A stretch of DNA of 64,000 nt from an uncultured delta proteobacterium (lineage in GTDB: Bacteria > Myxococcota_A > Polyangia > Fen-1088). Under the pieces are notes generated by a model. It was not told the DNA's origin. It was given only the letters and a program-made list of their open reading frames with translations, and searched no databases. The position numbers and the translations under genes are program-made. Below, piece after piece: positions 42,369 to 52,042 of the stretch; position 1 is the first letter of the stretch; each line of letters starts with the position of its first letter. The stretch is from NCBI GenBank assembly GCA_963737265.1, contig CAVTRY010000014.1, positions 64,001-128,000 of the forward strand, given 5' to 3'.

Positions 42369-43508
42369 GTGATTTACGCCGACTACAACGCGACCACTCG
42401 CCTCGATCCCGAGGTGCGGGCGGCGATGGACGAGGCGTTGGACGCCGGGTTTGGCAATCCGTCGAGCATTCACGCCGCCGGGCAGGCGGCACGGCGGCTG
42501 GTAGATAGGGCGCGCGCGCAGGTCGCCCGGCTCGTGGGCGCGGCGCCCGAGGAAATTGTGTTCACTGGCGGCGGCACCGAAGCCGACAATCTGGCGGTGC
42601 TCGGCGTGGCCAGCGCGGCGCCGCGCGATCGCCCAGGCATCGTGACCAGCGCCGTCGAGCACCAAGCCGTTTTGGCCCCTTGTGCCTTCCTGCAAAAGCA
42701 GAGCCACGAGGTCACCTTTCTGCCGGTCGATGGCGCCGGCCGAATCGATCTCGCGGCGCTGGAGGCCGCCGCCAAACCCGACGTCGCGCTGGTGTCGGTG
42801 ATGTTCGCCAACAACGACACTGGGACCATCCAGCCGGTAGCCGAGGTAGTGAAGGTAGCGACGGCTTGCGGTACCGCGGTTCACACCGATGCGGTGCAGG
42901 CGGCCGGCAAGCTGCCCATCGACGTGAAGAAGTCGGGGGTGTCGCTGCTCTCGTTCTCGTCGCACAAGATCCACGGACCCAAGGGGGTGGGCGCTCTCTA
43001 CGTCCGGCGCGGGGTGGCTCTGGCACCGCTGGTACACGGCGGCCGGCAGGAGCGCACGCTGCGGCCTGGAACGGAAAACGTGCCCGGCATCGTCGGATTT
43101 GGCAGGGCGTGCGAGCTGGCGCAGGCACGCCTGGAAGCCGACAGCCGCCGCGTGGCCGAGTTACGCGCCCACTTCGAAACGCAGATTCTGGCGCGCGTTC
43201 GCGGCACTCGATTGAACGGCGGCGGCGATCGCTTGCCCAACACGTCTAATATCGCCTTCGCCGGCCTCGATGGCGAGGCCATCACCATCAACCTGGACCT
43301 GGCCGGCATGGCGGTATCCACCGGCGCGGCGTGCAGCTCGGCCGACAAGACGCCCTCGCACGTGCTGGTCGCCATGGGCCAGTCGGCGCTGGAAGCGCGC
43401 TCGTCGGTGCGTTTTTCCTTCGGCCGCGACAACACCGATGAAGAGATCGACCGAGCGGTAACCCTGGTCGTTCAAACCGTAAACATGCTGCGCGGGGCGC
43501 GACGATGA
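42369..43508 (+). CDS. iscS: Cysteine desulfurase (IscS/NifS family)
   Basis: DYNATT, GNPSSIH, GGTEADN, SHKIHGPKGVG, STGAACSS. Confidence 0.93.
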   Translation: MIYADYNATTRLDPEVRAAMDEALDAGFGNPSSIHAAGQAARRLVDRARAQVARLVGAAPEEIVFTGGGTEADNLAVLGVASAAPRDRPGIVTSAVEHQAVLAPCAFLQKQSHEVTFLPVDGAGRIDLAALEAAAKPDVALVSVMFANNDTGTIQPVAEVVKVATACGTAVHTDAVQAAGKLPIDVKKSGVSLLSFSSHKIHGPKGVGALYVRRGVALAPLVHGGRQERTLRPGTENVPGIVGFGRACELAQARLEADSRRVAELRAHFETQILARVRGTRLNGGGDRLPNTSNIAFAGLDGEAITINLDLAGMAVSTGAACSSADKTPSHVLVAMGQSALEARSSVRFSFGRDNTDEEIDRAVTLVVQTVNMLRGARR

Positions 43509-44585
43509 GTGAGCGCATCGTCGTGGCCATGAGCGGCGGCGTGGACAGCAGCGTGGCCGCAGCGCTGCTCCGGCAAGCAGGGCATTCCCTCGTCGGCGTC
43601 ACGCTGAAATTGCAGGAATGCCACGACGCCCACGGCAGCAAATCCTGTTGTGGCGTCGACGGAGTCACGCGCGCACGCGACGTGGCCGCCAGCCTCGGCA
43701 TCCCGCACTACGTGCTCGACTGTGTGAAGGATTTCGAACAGCTCGTGCTGCTGCCGGCGTGGCAAGAATACGCGGGAGGCCGAACGCCCAGCCCGTGCTT
43801 GCTGTGCAACGAACACGTGAAGTTCGGCTTGCTGCTCGACTGGGCCGAGCGCCTCGGCATTCCGCGCGTGGCCACCGGCCACTACGCGCGCCTGGAAAAG
43901 GACGAAGCCGGCCAGACGATGCTGCTGCGCGGCTGCGACACGGGCAAGGATCAATCGTATTTCCTCGCCGGTCTGTCGCTCAGCCAGCTCGGACGCGCGG
44001 CCTTTCCCGTGGGACATCTGCGTAAGCCCGAGGTACGCGCCTTGGCCAAGAGCCACGACCTCCCCACGGCAGAAACGCCCGAAAGCCAGGACGCATGCCT
44101 GGTTCGAGCCGGGCCAGTCGTTCTCCGAGATGTTGCGCAAGCGCTTCGCTGCCCCGGCGAAGACCGGCGAGATTGTCGACGAGGCCGGCCAGGTGGTCGG
44201 CCAGCACGCCGGCATTCACGTGTTCACCATCGGCCAGCGCAAGGGGCTGCCCGCGGGCGCGGCCTCGCGCCGCTGGGTCAAGTCCATCTCGCCCGAAACG
44301 GGCCAGGTCACCGTGACCGGCAACGCGGCCGAGCTCGTGGGCACCGAGTTCGTGGCCAAGAGGGTCAACTGGCTCGACGGCCCGCTGCCTGCTGCGGTCC
44401 TGCCGTGCTCGGTCCAAGTGCGCTATCGCCACGCCAGCGAACCCGCCACCGTCGAGGCCCTGGCCGACGGCAACCTGCGGGTCATCCTGGCCAAGCCCGT
44501 GAAGGCCATCACCCCGGGTCAAGCCGCGGTCTTCTACGACGGCGACCGCACCCTCGGTCGCGGCTGGATCGCTCCCCCTACGTGA
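43505..44585 (+). CDS. mnmA: tRNA 2-thiouridylase, frameshift near 44110
   Basis: AMSGGVDSS, PSPCLLCN, ATGHYAR, KDQSYFL, ESQDAC, then FTIGQRKGL and ITPGQAAVFY. Confidence 0.95.
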
Positions 44586-44835
44586 GATGCAGACGGGTGA
44601 ACCGGTGCCCGCGTGCAGCAACGCGAGCGACGGCGTGTTTGTTCCCGGCCACGGTGTCGTCATCTGGATCTTCCTCATCCGGAAGGATTTCTGGACGTCA
44701 TTCGGTCTGGACAAGGAGTATCTTCTTGTCTGTCACGCTGCTGGCCAGCGGCTTCGTCCAAAATACCATTTCAGACAGTCAGCTGAACGGACGCTTCCCC
44801 GCGCGAATCCCAAACCCAGACTTTGACGTGCATGC

Positions 44836-45834
44836 ATGAGCCTCGACGACGCCACCCCGCCTAATGTCCCAGTTGAGATTTCGCTGGTTGTACCTGTCTA
44901 CCAGGGTCAGCAGACGCTGGAGGCCCTGGCCGCGGAGATAGAGCCGCTTACCGTCACCCAGACCACCCGCGCGGGAGGGACGTTTCGCGTGGTGGAGTTA
45001 CTGCTCGTGCATGACGGCGCGGTCGACGACTCGGCCCGCATCATGAAGCTGCTCGCCGAACGTTACGCCTTCGTGCGACCGATTTGGCTGTCGCGCAATT
45101 TCGGCCAGCATCCGGCAACCTTTGCCGGACTCGCCAGCTCCGTTGGCGAATGGGTGGTCACCTTGGACGAGGACGGCCAGCAGGATCCTCGCTACATCGG
45201 CGACTTGCTCGATCAGGCGCTGAGCGCGCGCAGCCGGCTTGTTTACGCGAGTCCCACCAACGCGGCTCCTCACGGATTCGTGCGTAATGCATTTTCCACC
45301 TTGGCCAAGTGGCTATTCGTGAGCGTGCTCGGTGCCAACACGGGCCGGTTCAACAGTTTTCGCCTGATCGAAGGCGAAGTCGCGCGCGGTGTGGCGGCCT
45401 ACTGCGGACCCAATGTCTACCTCGACGTCGCCTTGTCCTGGGTCGTGGGTGCGGCCGAGCGCTGTCCAGTGAAACTTCGCGAAGAGCGCGGACGACGGTC
45501 AGGGTACACGCCTCGGCGTCTTTTGCGCCATTTCTGGCAGCTTGTGCTCTCTTCCGGAACGCTCCCGTTGCGCCTCATTGCCCTGGTCGGACTTGCCTCG
45601 GTTGTTTTCGCCGTGTTCTTCAGCCTCGTTCAGATCTGGAATCGACTTCACAACAAGATCCCCGTGCAAGGCTGGACCTCGACGATGATCGTCATGAGTC
45701 TGTTCGCCGGACTGACCTTGCTGTCTATCGGAATCGTCGCCGAGTATTTGGGCTTCAGCGTTTCCATGGCAATGGGCAAACCCGCCTACATGATTGTGTC
45801 TCGTCCACGCGAGGATCTCGCCAAGGAGCCATGA
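44836..45834 (+). CDS. GT2 polyprenol-phosphate glycosyltransferase (ArnC/GtrB-like)
   Basis: VVPVY, LSRNFGQH, LDEDGQQDP, two C-terminal TM helices, GIVAEY. Confidence 0.9.
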   Translation: MSLDDATPPNVPVEISLVVPVYQGQQTLEALAAEIEPLTVTQTTRAGGTFRVVELLLVHDGAVDDSARIMKLLAERYAFVRPIWLSRNFGQHPATFAGLASSVGEWVVTLDEDGQQDPRYIGDLLDQALSARSRLVYASPTNAAPHGFVRNAFSTLAKWLFVSVLGANTGRFNSFRLIEGEVARGVAAYCGPNVYLDVALSWVVGAAERCPVKLREERGRRSGYTPRRLLRHFWQLVLSSGTLPLRLIALVGLASVVFAVFFSLVQIWNRLHNKIPVQGWTSTMIVMSLFAGLTLLSIGIVAEYLGFSVSMAMGKPAYMIVSRPREDLAKEP

Positions 45835-46859
45835 GAGCGCCCATCGTTTGGGTGGTGGGCGCGACCGGCCTGCTGGGAGCGGCTGTCGTCCGCGGGCTGG
45901 GAGGGATGGTTTGGCGACCGGACAGGCCTTTTGCGTGGGGTGACGAAGCTCGGCTGGCAAGCGGCTTGCGCGATGCGGTCCACGCGTTTGCAACCCAAGT
46001 CGGGTCCGAGTCGGCTCGGCCTTGGGCGGTCTGCTGGTGCGCGGGTGCTGGTGTGGTGTCCACGTCGGCGTCGGCGCTCGCGGCGGAGACAAGGGCATTT
46101 CACCTGTTCCTGCAGCTGCTCGGCGCCGAGCAGCGTTTGCTGGCAGTCCCTGGACACGTGGCGCTGGCAAGCAGTGCCGGGGGCGTCTATGGAGGCAACA
46201 CGGAATGTCCCATCACCGAGGAGACCTTGCCCCAGCCCATTTCCGACTATGGTCGTGCCAAGCTGGAACAGGAACGGATGCTGCTTTCCTGGGCCGGCAG
46301 CCTGCCCACGCTGGTCAGCACCCTAGTGGCGCGTTTCTCCAATCTCTATGGCACTGGGCAACGTCTCGACAAACCGCAGGGACTCATTTCGCATCTGTCG
46401 CGCTGCTTGATTTTCAACACTCCTGTGCATGTCTACGTGTCGCTCAACACCATCCGCGACTATCTGTTCGCCGAAGATGCCGGTCGCCTATTTGTCGCGG
46501 GTCTTGGGAGGCTCGCGATCGAAGCGCGTGGAAACGGTCTGCACGTCACCAAGATCTACGCGTCCGAGCGCGAGATCTCCATCGCCTGTTTGCTGGGTAT
46601 CCTCCGCCGGATCTCGCGTCGCCGATTGCGGGTCATCTCCGGCTTGCACCCGGGAAGCTCACTCCAGCCGCGACGACTCCAATTCCGCTCGCGCGTGTGG
46701 CGCGCGCGGGATGATGGCGGGGGCAGACTGGTCGAGCTCGTGGCAGGGCTGAGTCAGGTCTATCGCGACCAGCTTGCGCTGTTCCGTCGCGGCCTCTTGC
46801 CGCCGCCGTCGCATACGAGTCCCATCACTTTGCGACCACCCAGCTTGGGAAGAGCGTAG
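45831..46859 (+). CDS. NAD-dependent epimerase/dehydratase
   Basis: GATGLLG, SSAGGVYG, YGRAK, RFSNLYG, RDYL. Confidence 0.88.
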   Translation: MRAPIVWVVGATGLLGAAVVRGLGGMVWRPDRPFAWGDEARLASGLRDAVHAFATQVGSESARPWAVCWCAGAGVVSTSASALAAETRAFHLFLQLLGAEQRLLAVPGHVALASSAGGVYGGNTECPITEETLPQPISDYGRAKLEQERMLLSWAGSLPTLVSTLVARFSNLYGTGQRLDKPQGLISHLSRCLIFNTPVHVYVSLNTIRDYLFAEDAGRLFVAGLGRLAIEARGNGLHVTKIYASEREISIACLLGILRRISRRRLRVISGLHPGSSLQPRRLQFRSRVWRARDDGGGRLVELVAGLSQVYRDQLALFRRGLLPPPSHTSPITLRPPSLGRA

Positions 46860-46874
46860 GGGAGGTGCAGTCGC

Positions 46875-47114
46875 TCAGTGGCTGAGTTTCTTGTCGATGA
46901 GCACCAGCAGATCGCCCACGTTGTTCAACCCGACAACCTCTCCGGTGCCGAATCTGATCTTGAAGGCCTTCTCGATCTGAACGATCAGCCTGACGTTCTT
47001 CAAGGAGTCCCACCCTGGGACATCCTTTGCGGATGTGCTGTCCGCAAGCACGATGCTGTCGTCGTCAAACAAGTCGCGGAAAATCTCCTGCAGGCGATCT
47101 CGATGCACCGACAT
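46875..47114 (-). CDS. Acyl carrier protein (WDSL type)
   Basis: DVPGWDSL phosphopantetheine site, IEKAFKIRF; 79 aa. Confidence 0.93.
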   Translation of the reverse strand: MSVHRDRLQEIFRDLFDDDSIVLADSTSAKDVPGWDSLKNVRLIVQIEKAFKIRFGTGEVVGLNNVGDLLVLIDKKLSH

Positions 47115-47137
47115 CGCTCCTCCCTCGTCAGTCAATT

Positions 47138-49012
47138 TCATTCAATCACTATACAGTGGCCCCGTAGCATACGCTGTTCGCTCAGATCGAATTGCCAGGT
47201 GGTTCCGTCGGCGTCACCTGGGATCTCCTTGAAACCGAGGTCGGCGTAGTGTCCGCTGACAAGCTTGTTCTTGGCGGTGGGTAAGTAGCGACCCACGATC
47301 ACGCGAAGGCCTCGACCTCGACAAAACTCCACCAGGCGCTCCATCTCAAGGACCTCGACGCCGCGCTTGAGAACTCGGCAGCTCATCACCCAGTTGTCGA
47401 TTACGAGAGAGCTCTCCTTGACACGCCCGATGACGACGCTGATGAGCCCATTGGCGCCGAACCGGTCGTCGAGCCGGATCGTCGACGTGTAAGCCTGGTC
47501 GTTGCCGACCAGCGCCTGCACCTCCGCCTCGGTCATGCGGCGGGTGGTCAGGTTGAACTGGTTGGTCTTGTTGATGAGCTGGGTCGCGCGCGCCAGGTTC
47601 CTCTCGGTGACTGGCTCGATCCCAGCGCGCATCTCGAGCCGTTGAAGGAAGTCGTCGTAGCCCCTGGCCCCGGCCTCCAGCTTTTCGCGAGCCTGGTTTT
47701 GCTGGAAGAACTCTCCCCGGATCTGATCTTCTTGCGTCACTGACAGCGTGTCGAAGAGATTTGCGCCGTCCAGCTTCTGCACGAACAGCGAGGGATCCTC
47801 GGGTACGTCAATCACCGTCACGTCCGGCAGACTGGTGCGAACCAGGTGACGCTCTGCGGGGTTGTCGTCGAAGAAGACCATCGCGTCGAGCTCGATATTG
47901 AGTCGCTCGGCAATCGACAGGAGGCTCCGGTCCTTGGGCTCCCAACCCGCCACAAAGCAGGATATGTCGCTCTCTTTCAAGATCATGTCCCGGTGCTCGC
48001 GGAACGGCGCGAGCGCGTTTTCCGGTTCGTTCTTACTGGCCACCGCCAGCAACACGCCGCGCTCCTTGAGCGCCCGCACGTAGGCCTGGAACTGCTGAAA
48101 AGCCTCGCCTTCCGGCTGCCCCACTCCCAGTCGAATGCCGCGCAGGCCATCGTCCCCGATTACGCCGCCCCACAGCGTGTTGTCTAGATCGAGCACCAGG
48201 CACTTCTTGGATTTTCCAAATAGCGCGCCCAGCATCGCGGCCAAACGATCAGCATAGTGCGGCTGGCATTCGAAGCTGACGGCGGTCTTGGTTTCGTTCC
48301 ACAGACGCGCGTCGAACCAGCGACCCTTGCCCCAGATTGCCGAAAGTTGCTCGATGTCGTTAACGTAGACCCGTGGCGGCAGCGCTTGCGCCAGCGCCTC
48401 GTTCAAAGCCCTGATCATGCCGTTGCGGCTACCGGCGGCGACCACGTCTAGCGTGCCATAGGGTCGCTCGACACCGGTCTCGAAGTTGTTCACCACCAGC
48501 GGACAACCGAAACGAACAACGGCGGCCCGAAAGAGGTCGAGCAGGCGCTCGGCCTGGTCGCGCACGAGTCGGGGGGGATCCTCCGCGAACAGCGGAAACG
48601 TCAGGTTGCGGCTCGAGACGTGGAGATGAATCACGTCGGGCGCGAACGCGCACAGCGCAGGAGATTCGGACCAGATCTCCTGTTCATAGAGCCCGAAGTC
48701 GCTTTCGTAGGTTGTGAGCGCCAGCCCGCGCCGGCAGGCAAAGAGCCGAACAAGCGGCGTTAGAAAATGGGTGGTCGCTCCGCCAAGAATCGCCAGACGT
48801 TTTTGGGTCGGGATGCGCGCCGACACGATTTCGGCCGGAATCTTGCCGAGCTGATCGGCGGCATACTCCACCACTTCCAGGGCGTCGCCCGGCTGGACGC
48901 GCAGCATGAGATCGAGTGCCTCCCGGTACCGGTGGGCCTTCATCTGCTGCTTGATTTCTGCCTTCATTTTGCTTGCGCGCCCCGTTCGCGCGGTGGCGGC
49001 AAGTGTAGACAA
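47138..49012 (-). CDS. FkbH-like HAD-IIIC phosphatase / glyceryl transferase
   Basis: VLDLDNTLWGG, ASKN, FFDDNPAE, KTNQFNLTT, DRFG, MSCRVL. Confidence 0.93.
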   Translation of the reverse strand: MSTLAATARTGRASKMKAEIKQQMKAHRYREALDLMLRVQPGDALEVVEYAADQLGKIPAEIVSARIPTQKRLAILGGATTHFLTPLVRLFACRRGLALTTYESDFGLYEQEIWSESPALCAFAPDVIHLHVSSRNLTFPLFAEDPPRLVRDQAERLLDLFRAAVVRFGCPLVVNNFETGVERPYGTLDVVAAGSRNGMIRALNEALAQALPPRVYVNDIEQLSAIWGKGRWFDARLWNETKTAVSFECQPHYADRLAAMLGALFGKSKKCLVLDLDNTLWGGVIGDDGLRGIRLGVGQPEGEAFQQFQAYVRALKERGVLLAVASKNEPENALAPFREHRDMILKESDISCFVAGWEPKDRSLLSIAERLNIELDAMVFFDDNPAERHLVRTSLPDVTVIDVPEDPSLFVQKLDGANLFDTLSVTQEDQIRGEFFQQNQAREKLEAGARGYDDFLQRLEMRAGIEPVTERNLARATQLINKTNQFNLTTRRMTEAEVQALVGNDQAYTSTIRLDDRFGANGLISVVIGRVKESSLVIDNWVMSCRVLKRGVEVLEMERLVEFCRGRGLRVIVGRYLPTAKNKLVSGHYADLGFKEIPGDADGTTWQFDLSEQRMLRGHCIVIE

Positions 49013-49162
49013 CGCCGCTTCGTTTTGTCTATATTCTCAATCATTGTCCTAAAGAAGTCCCTGACGTTGGCGCATTTGTCGTTCAAGAATCAGCGCGAAT
49101 CGAATCGGCCCTGCTAAGGGGTAGCCGATCCATCGGGGACGCGGTAGCAGAGATCGCCATCC

Positions 49163-50587
49163 ATGCTGTTCAATAGCTTCGAGTTCCTGATCTTTCTGAC
49201 CGTCGTCTACGGCCTCTATCTGGCGCTGCCGCACCGGCTTCAGAACTGGATGCTGCTCGCCGCCAGCTACGTGTTCTACGGTTGGTGGGACTGGCGCTTC
49301 CTCAGCATCATCCTTTTTACGACGGTGCTCAACTACCTGGTCAGTCTCAAGGTGTCGCGCAGCACGAGCGACCGATCTAGAAAGCTGTTTCTCAGCATCT
49401 CCGTTATCTGCAACCTCGGGTTGCTGGCCGTCTTCAAGTACTTCAACTTCTTCGTCGGGTCGTTCATCGATCTCGCGCTCAGGCTCGGGTTTCATCTCCG
49501 GTGGGAGCCGCTGCACATCATCCTGCCAGTCGGGATTTCCTTCTTCACCTTTCAATCGATCGGCTATTCTATTGACGTCTACCGGGGTCAGATCAGTCCG
49601 CCCCGCCGCTTCCTCGATTTTGCGCTGTTCGTGGCGTTCTTCCCGCAACTGGTCGCAGGACCGATCCAGCGCGCGACCAATCTGCTGCCCCAGGTAATCG
49701 CGCCTCGTCGGATCGTTCTCGATCAGGTCACCCGCGGCGCGTTCCTGATCCTTTACGGCTTGTTCAAGAAGACGGTCATCGCCGACGGCCTAGCAGGCAG
49801 CGTCAATGACGTCTATAGCTCGGTGGGTGGGAGCTCTGGACTGGATGTCCTGCTGGCCACCTATCTATTTGTGCTCCAGATCTACTGCGATTTTTCCGGC
49901 TACACAGACATCGCGCGCGGTGTCGCCAAGCTGATGGGGTTCAACCTTTCGAAAAACTTCATGACGCCGTTTTACGCCGCCTCACCCTCGGAGTACTGGA
50001 CCCGATGGCACATCAGTCTGTCGAGCTGGGTGAAAGACTACGTTTACCTGCCGCTGGCGCTCCGCTACCTGCGGCGCAGTGACAGCAAGGTCAACGAATA
50101 CAAGCCACATCTGTACGCGATGGTGCTGATGGGTCTGTGGCATGGCGCTGCCTGGACCTATATTCTGTGGGGCGTCTATCACGGATTCATGCTGGTGGCG
50201 TGGGACGCCATCAAGTGGCCCAGGGCAGGGAAAAAGCGGCGGCCATCGATCCCGAAGCCGATCCGGATCGCGTTCTACTTCCAGGTGACCGCGCTCAGCC
50301 TGCTGATTTTCCGGGCGAACTCGGTCCGCCAAATCGGCGAGCTCTTGTGGTCGCTGACGGGCGGGTTGTCGACCAAGCGGCTCAGCATTCCCTTGCCTCC
50401 GACGGCAACCTTGCTGGGTATCCCACTGTTTCTCGTGCTCGATTTTCTGGCCTTCCATCACTCGAGCGATCTCTACTATCGCAAGTGGCCAGATGCGATG
50501 CGCGGCGCCCTGGTGGCCACGCTCTTCATTCTGGTATTAATGGGTTGGTCCAATGCCCCGGCAGAGTTCATCTACTTCCAGTTCTAA
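49163..50587 (+). CDS. MBOAT family O-acyltransferase (AlgI/DltB/PatA-like)
   Basis: MLFNSFEF, LPVGISFFTFQ, FFPQLVAGPI, DFSGYTDIA, WHISLS, GLWHGA, C-terminal FIYFQF. Confidence 0.95.
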   Translation: MLFNSFEFLIFLTVVYGLYLALPHRLQNWMLLAASYVFYGWWDWRFLSIILFTTVLNYLVSLKVSRSTSDRSRKLFLSISVICNLGLLAVFKYFNFFVGSFIDLALRLGFHLRWEPLHIILPVGISFFTFQSIGYSIDVYRGQISPPRRFLDFALFVAFFPQLVAGPIQRATNLLPQVIAPRRIVLDQVTRGAFLILYGLFKKTVIADGLAGSVNDVYSSVGGSSGLDVLLATYLFVLQIYCDFSGYTDIARGVAKLMGFNLSKNFMTPFYAASPSEYWTRWHISLSSWVKDYVYLPLALRYLRRSDSKVNEYKPHLYAMVLMGLWHGAAWTYILWGVYHGFMLVAWDAIKWPRAGKKRRPSIPKPIRIAFYFQVTALSLLIFRANSVRQIGELLWSLTGGLSTKRLSIPLPPTATLLGIPLFLVLDFLAFHHSSDLYYRKWPDAMRGALVATLFILVLMGWSNAPAEFIYFQF

Positions 50588-51704
50588 TCCGACGGCACTC
50601 GCGCCGCCGCAGTCCTTCTCGCTTAGGAAGCTGGGGCGTACCGCGTTCTTCTTCTTGCTCTTCCTGTTGCTGTTCGAGCTCGGGACCTGGGCGGTGTTCA
50701 CCAAGACCCGCCTGGCAGGCGGGTCGCTGCACAGGTTTCTTTGGTACGGAACCTCCTACGAGACGAAGCTGCGCGATTTCGTCAACACACCTAACCAGCC
50801 CGCGAACTCGCTGCTCTATGCGGGTTGGCTGGGCGACGGAAAGCTGCGGTCGCTGCCTGCGGACATCGACGTGACCGTCTACGGGATGTCCTTTTCGGCA
50901 AACCTGAGCGAAGCCATGCGCGAGCTGCGGCCGGAGATAAGGCAACGGGTGGTAGCCGGCCCAGGGGCACCCCTCAACCACACGTACGCCATGTACCAGG
51001 TCGACAAGAAACTGCGCAAGACACGCTTCGCGGTCATCGGCGCCACCTCGGGCGCGGTGCAAGAGATCCTGCTCATGAACCGGGGCAGCTTGTTTTTGGA
51101 TTCAGCGTTCCCGTACTTCTTTCCGCGTTACAAGGTTGATCATGGGAACGTGGTGCTTGCGGCCGATTCCCTCGTCAACTCGGCGGACGAGCTGCGCACG
51201 GCACTCAACAACCCCGAAATCTGGCGGCGCCAGTTGGCGGTGCTTGCGGAGAATGACGATGGCTACCGTCGCTTCTTCTTTGCCGGCGATCCGCTGGATG
51301 CGAGCGTGCTGGGTCGTCTCGTGCGCCGAGGGCTCTCGAAACACCACCTTCAGGACTACTCCAGCAAGGTCCTAGGACCGTCCGGCTTTCGGCGCGACCA
51401 CGAAGCGCCACAGCTTTTTCGGGCCTTGTTGCGGCAAATGGTACGCGAGCTGCGCGCCGAGAACGTGCAGCCCATCGTGGCGCTCTTCTCGCTGCAGGGC
51501 CACGGAAACCACCTCTATTCGCTGGTGGAGGACATCTTGCGCGACGAGGCAGTCCCTTATGTAAATTCCTACGACTTCTGCCATTCGGATGACCGCAGCA
51601 AGTACCAGCCCAATCTCCACTTTGTCCACGAGTGCGACCTCTTGTTCGCGCGGCGCACACTTGAAATCATGGACGCCATCGATAAAGCCAGGTCACCCAT
51701 GTGA
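50553..51704 (+). CDS. Membrane-anchored periplasmic protein, putative SGNH-like (AlgJ/DltD-analogous) acyl acceptor
   Basis: One N-terminal TM helix, VYGMSF candidate Ser block, late NLHF His; directly follows the MBOAT gene. Confidence 0.6.
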   Translation: MPRQSSSTSSSNPTALAPPQSFSLRKLGRTAFFFLLFLLLFELGTWAVFTKTRLAGGSLHRFLWYGTSYETKLRDFVNTPNQPANSLLYAGWLGDGKLRSLPADIDVTVYGMSFSANLSEAMRELRPEIRQRVVAGPGAPLNHTYAMYQVDKKLRKTRFAVIGATSGAVQEILLMNRGSLFLDSAFPYFFPRYKVDHGNVVLAADSLVNSADELRTALNNPEIWRRQLAVLAENDDGYRRFFFAGDPLDASVLGRLVRRGLSKHHLQDYSSKVLGPSGFRRDHEAPQLFRALLRQMVRELRAENVQPIVALFSLQGHGNHLYSLVEDILRDEAVPYVNSYDFCHSDDRSKYQPNLHFVHECDLLFARRTLEIMDAIDKARSPM

Positions 51705-52042
51705 AGTCCGCGCCGCCCAGAACACACTCTACCTTCGATGTTCTCGGTTATTGTCGCTGACGTGACCGTCGGGCAAGTATGGCGCCACATCGAGAGCTAC
51801 CAACCCGACGTCATCGTCGTCTCTATCCGACCATCCCGCCATCCAGAACCGTCTAGACGGGGGAAGGAAACGCGGGCAGACTTGCGATTGTGCATGCCTG
51901 CATCCGCGAATAGTAGACAGAGGCGGGGGTTCTCGAATTCGCACGCCGACGGCGTAGAGGGGCCGATCGATGGCGGTCGGAAGCGTTCCTCCGTTGAGGT
52001 CGAACGCGATTCTCAACGCGACCACACGGCGGAAGCTCGACC

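Noticed and set aside
44587-44835. Small ORF between mnmA and the GT2 gene
   Set aside because: Short hydrophobic stretch with no recognisable family; may be a remnant but cannot be supported.
49135-49150. ops/JUMPstart element before the MBOAT gene
   Set aside because: Only GCGGTAGC matches; too short to support in GC-rich DNA.
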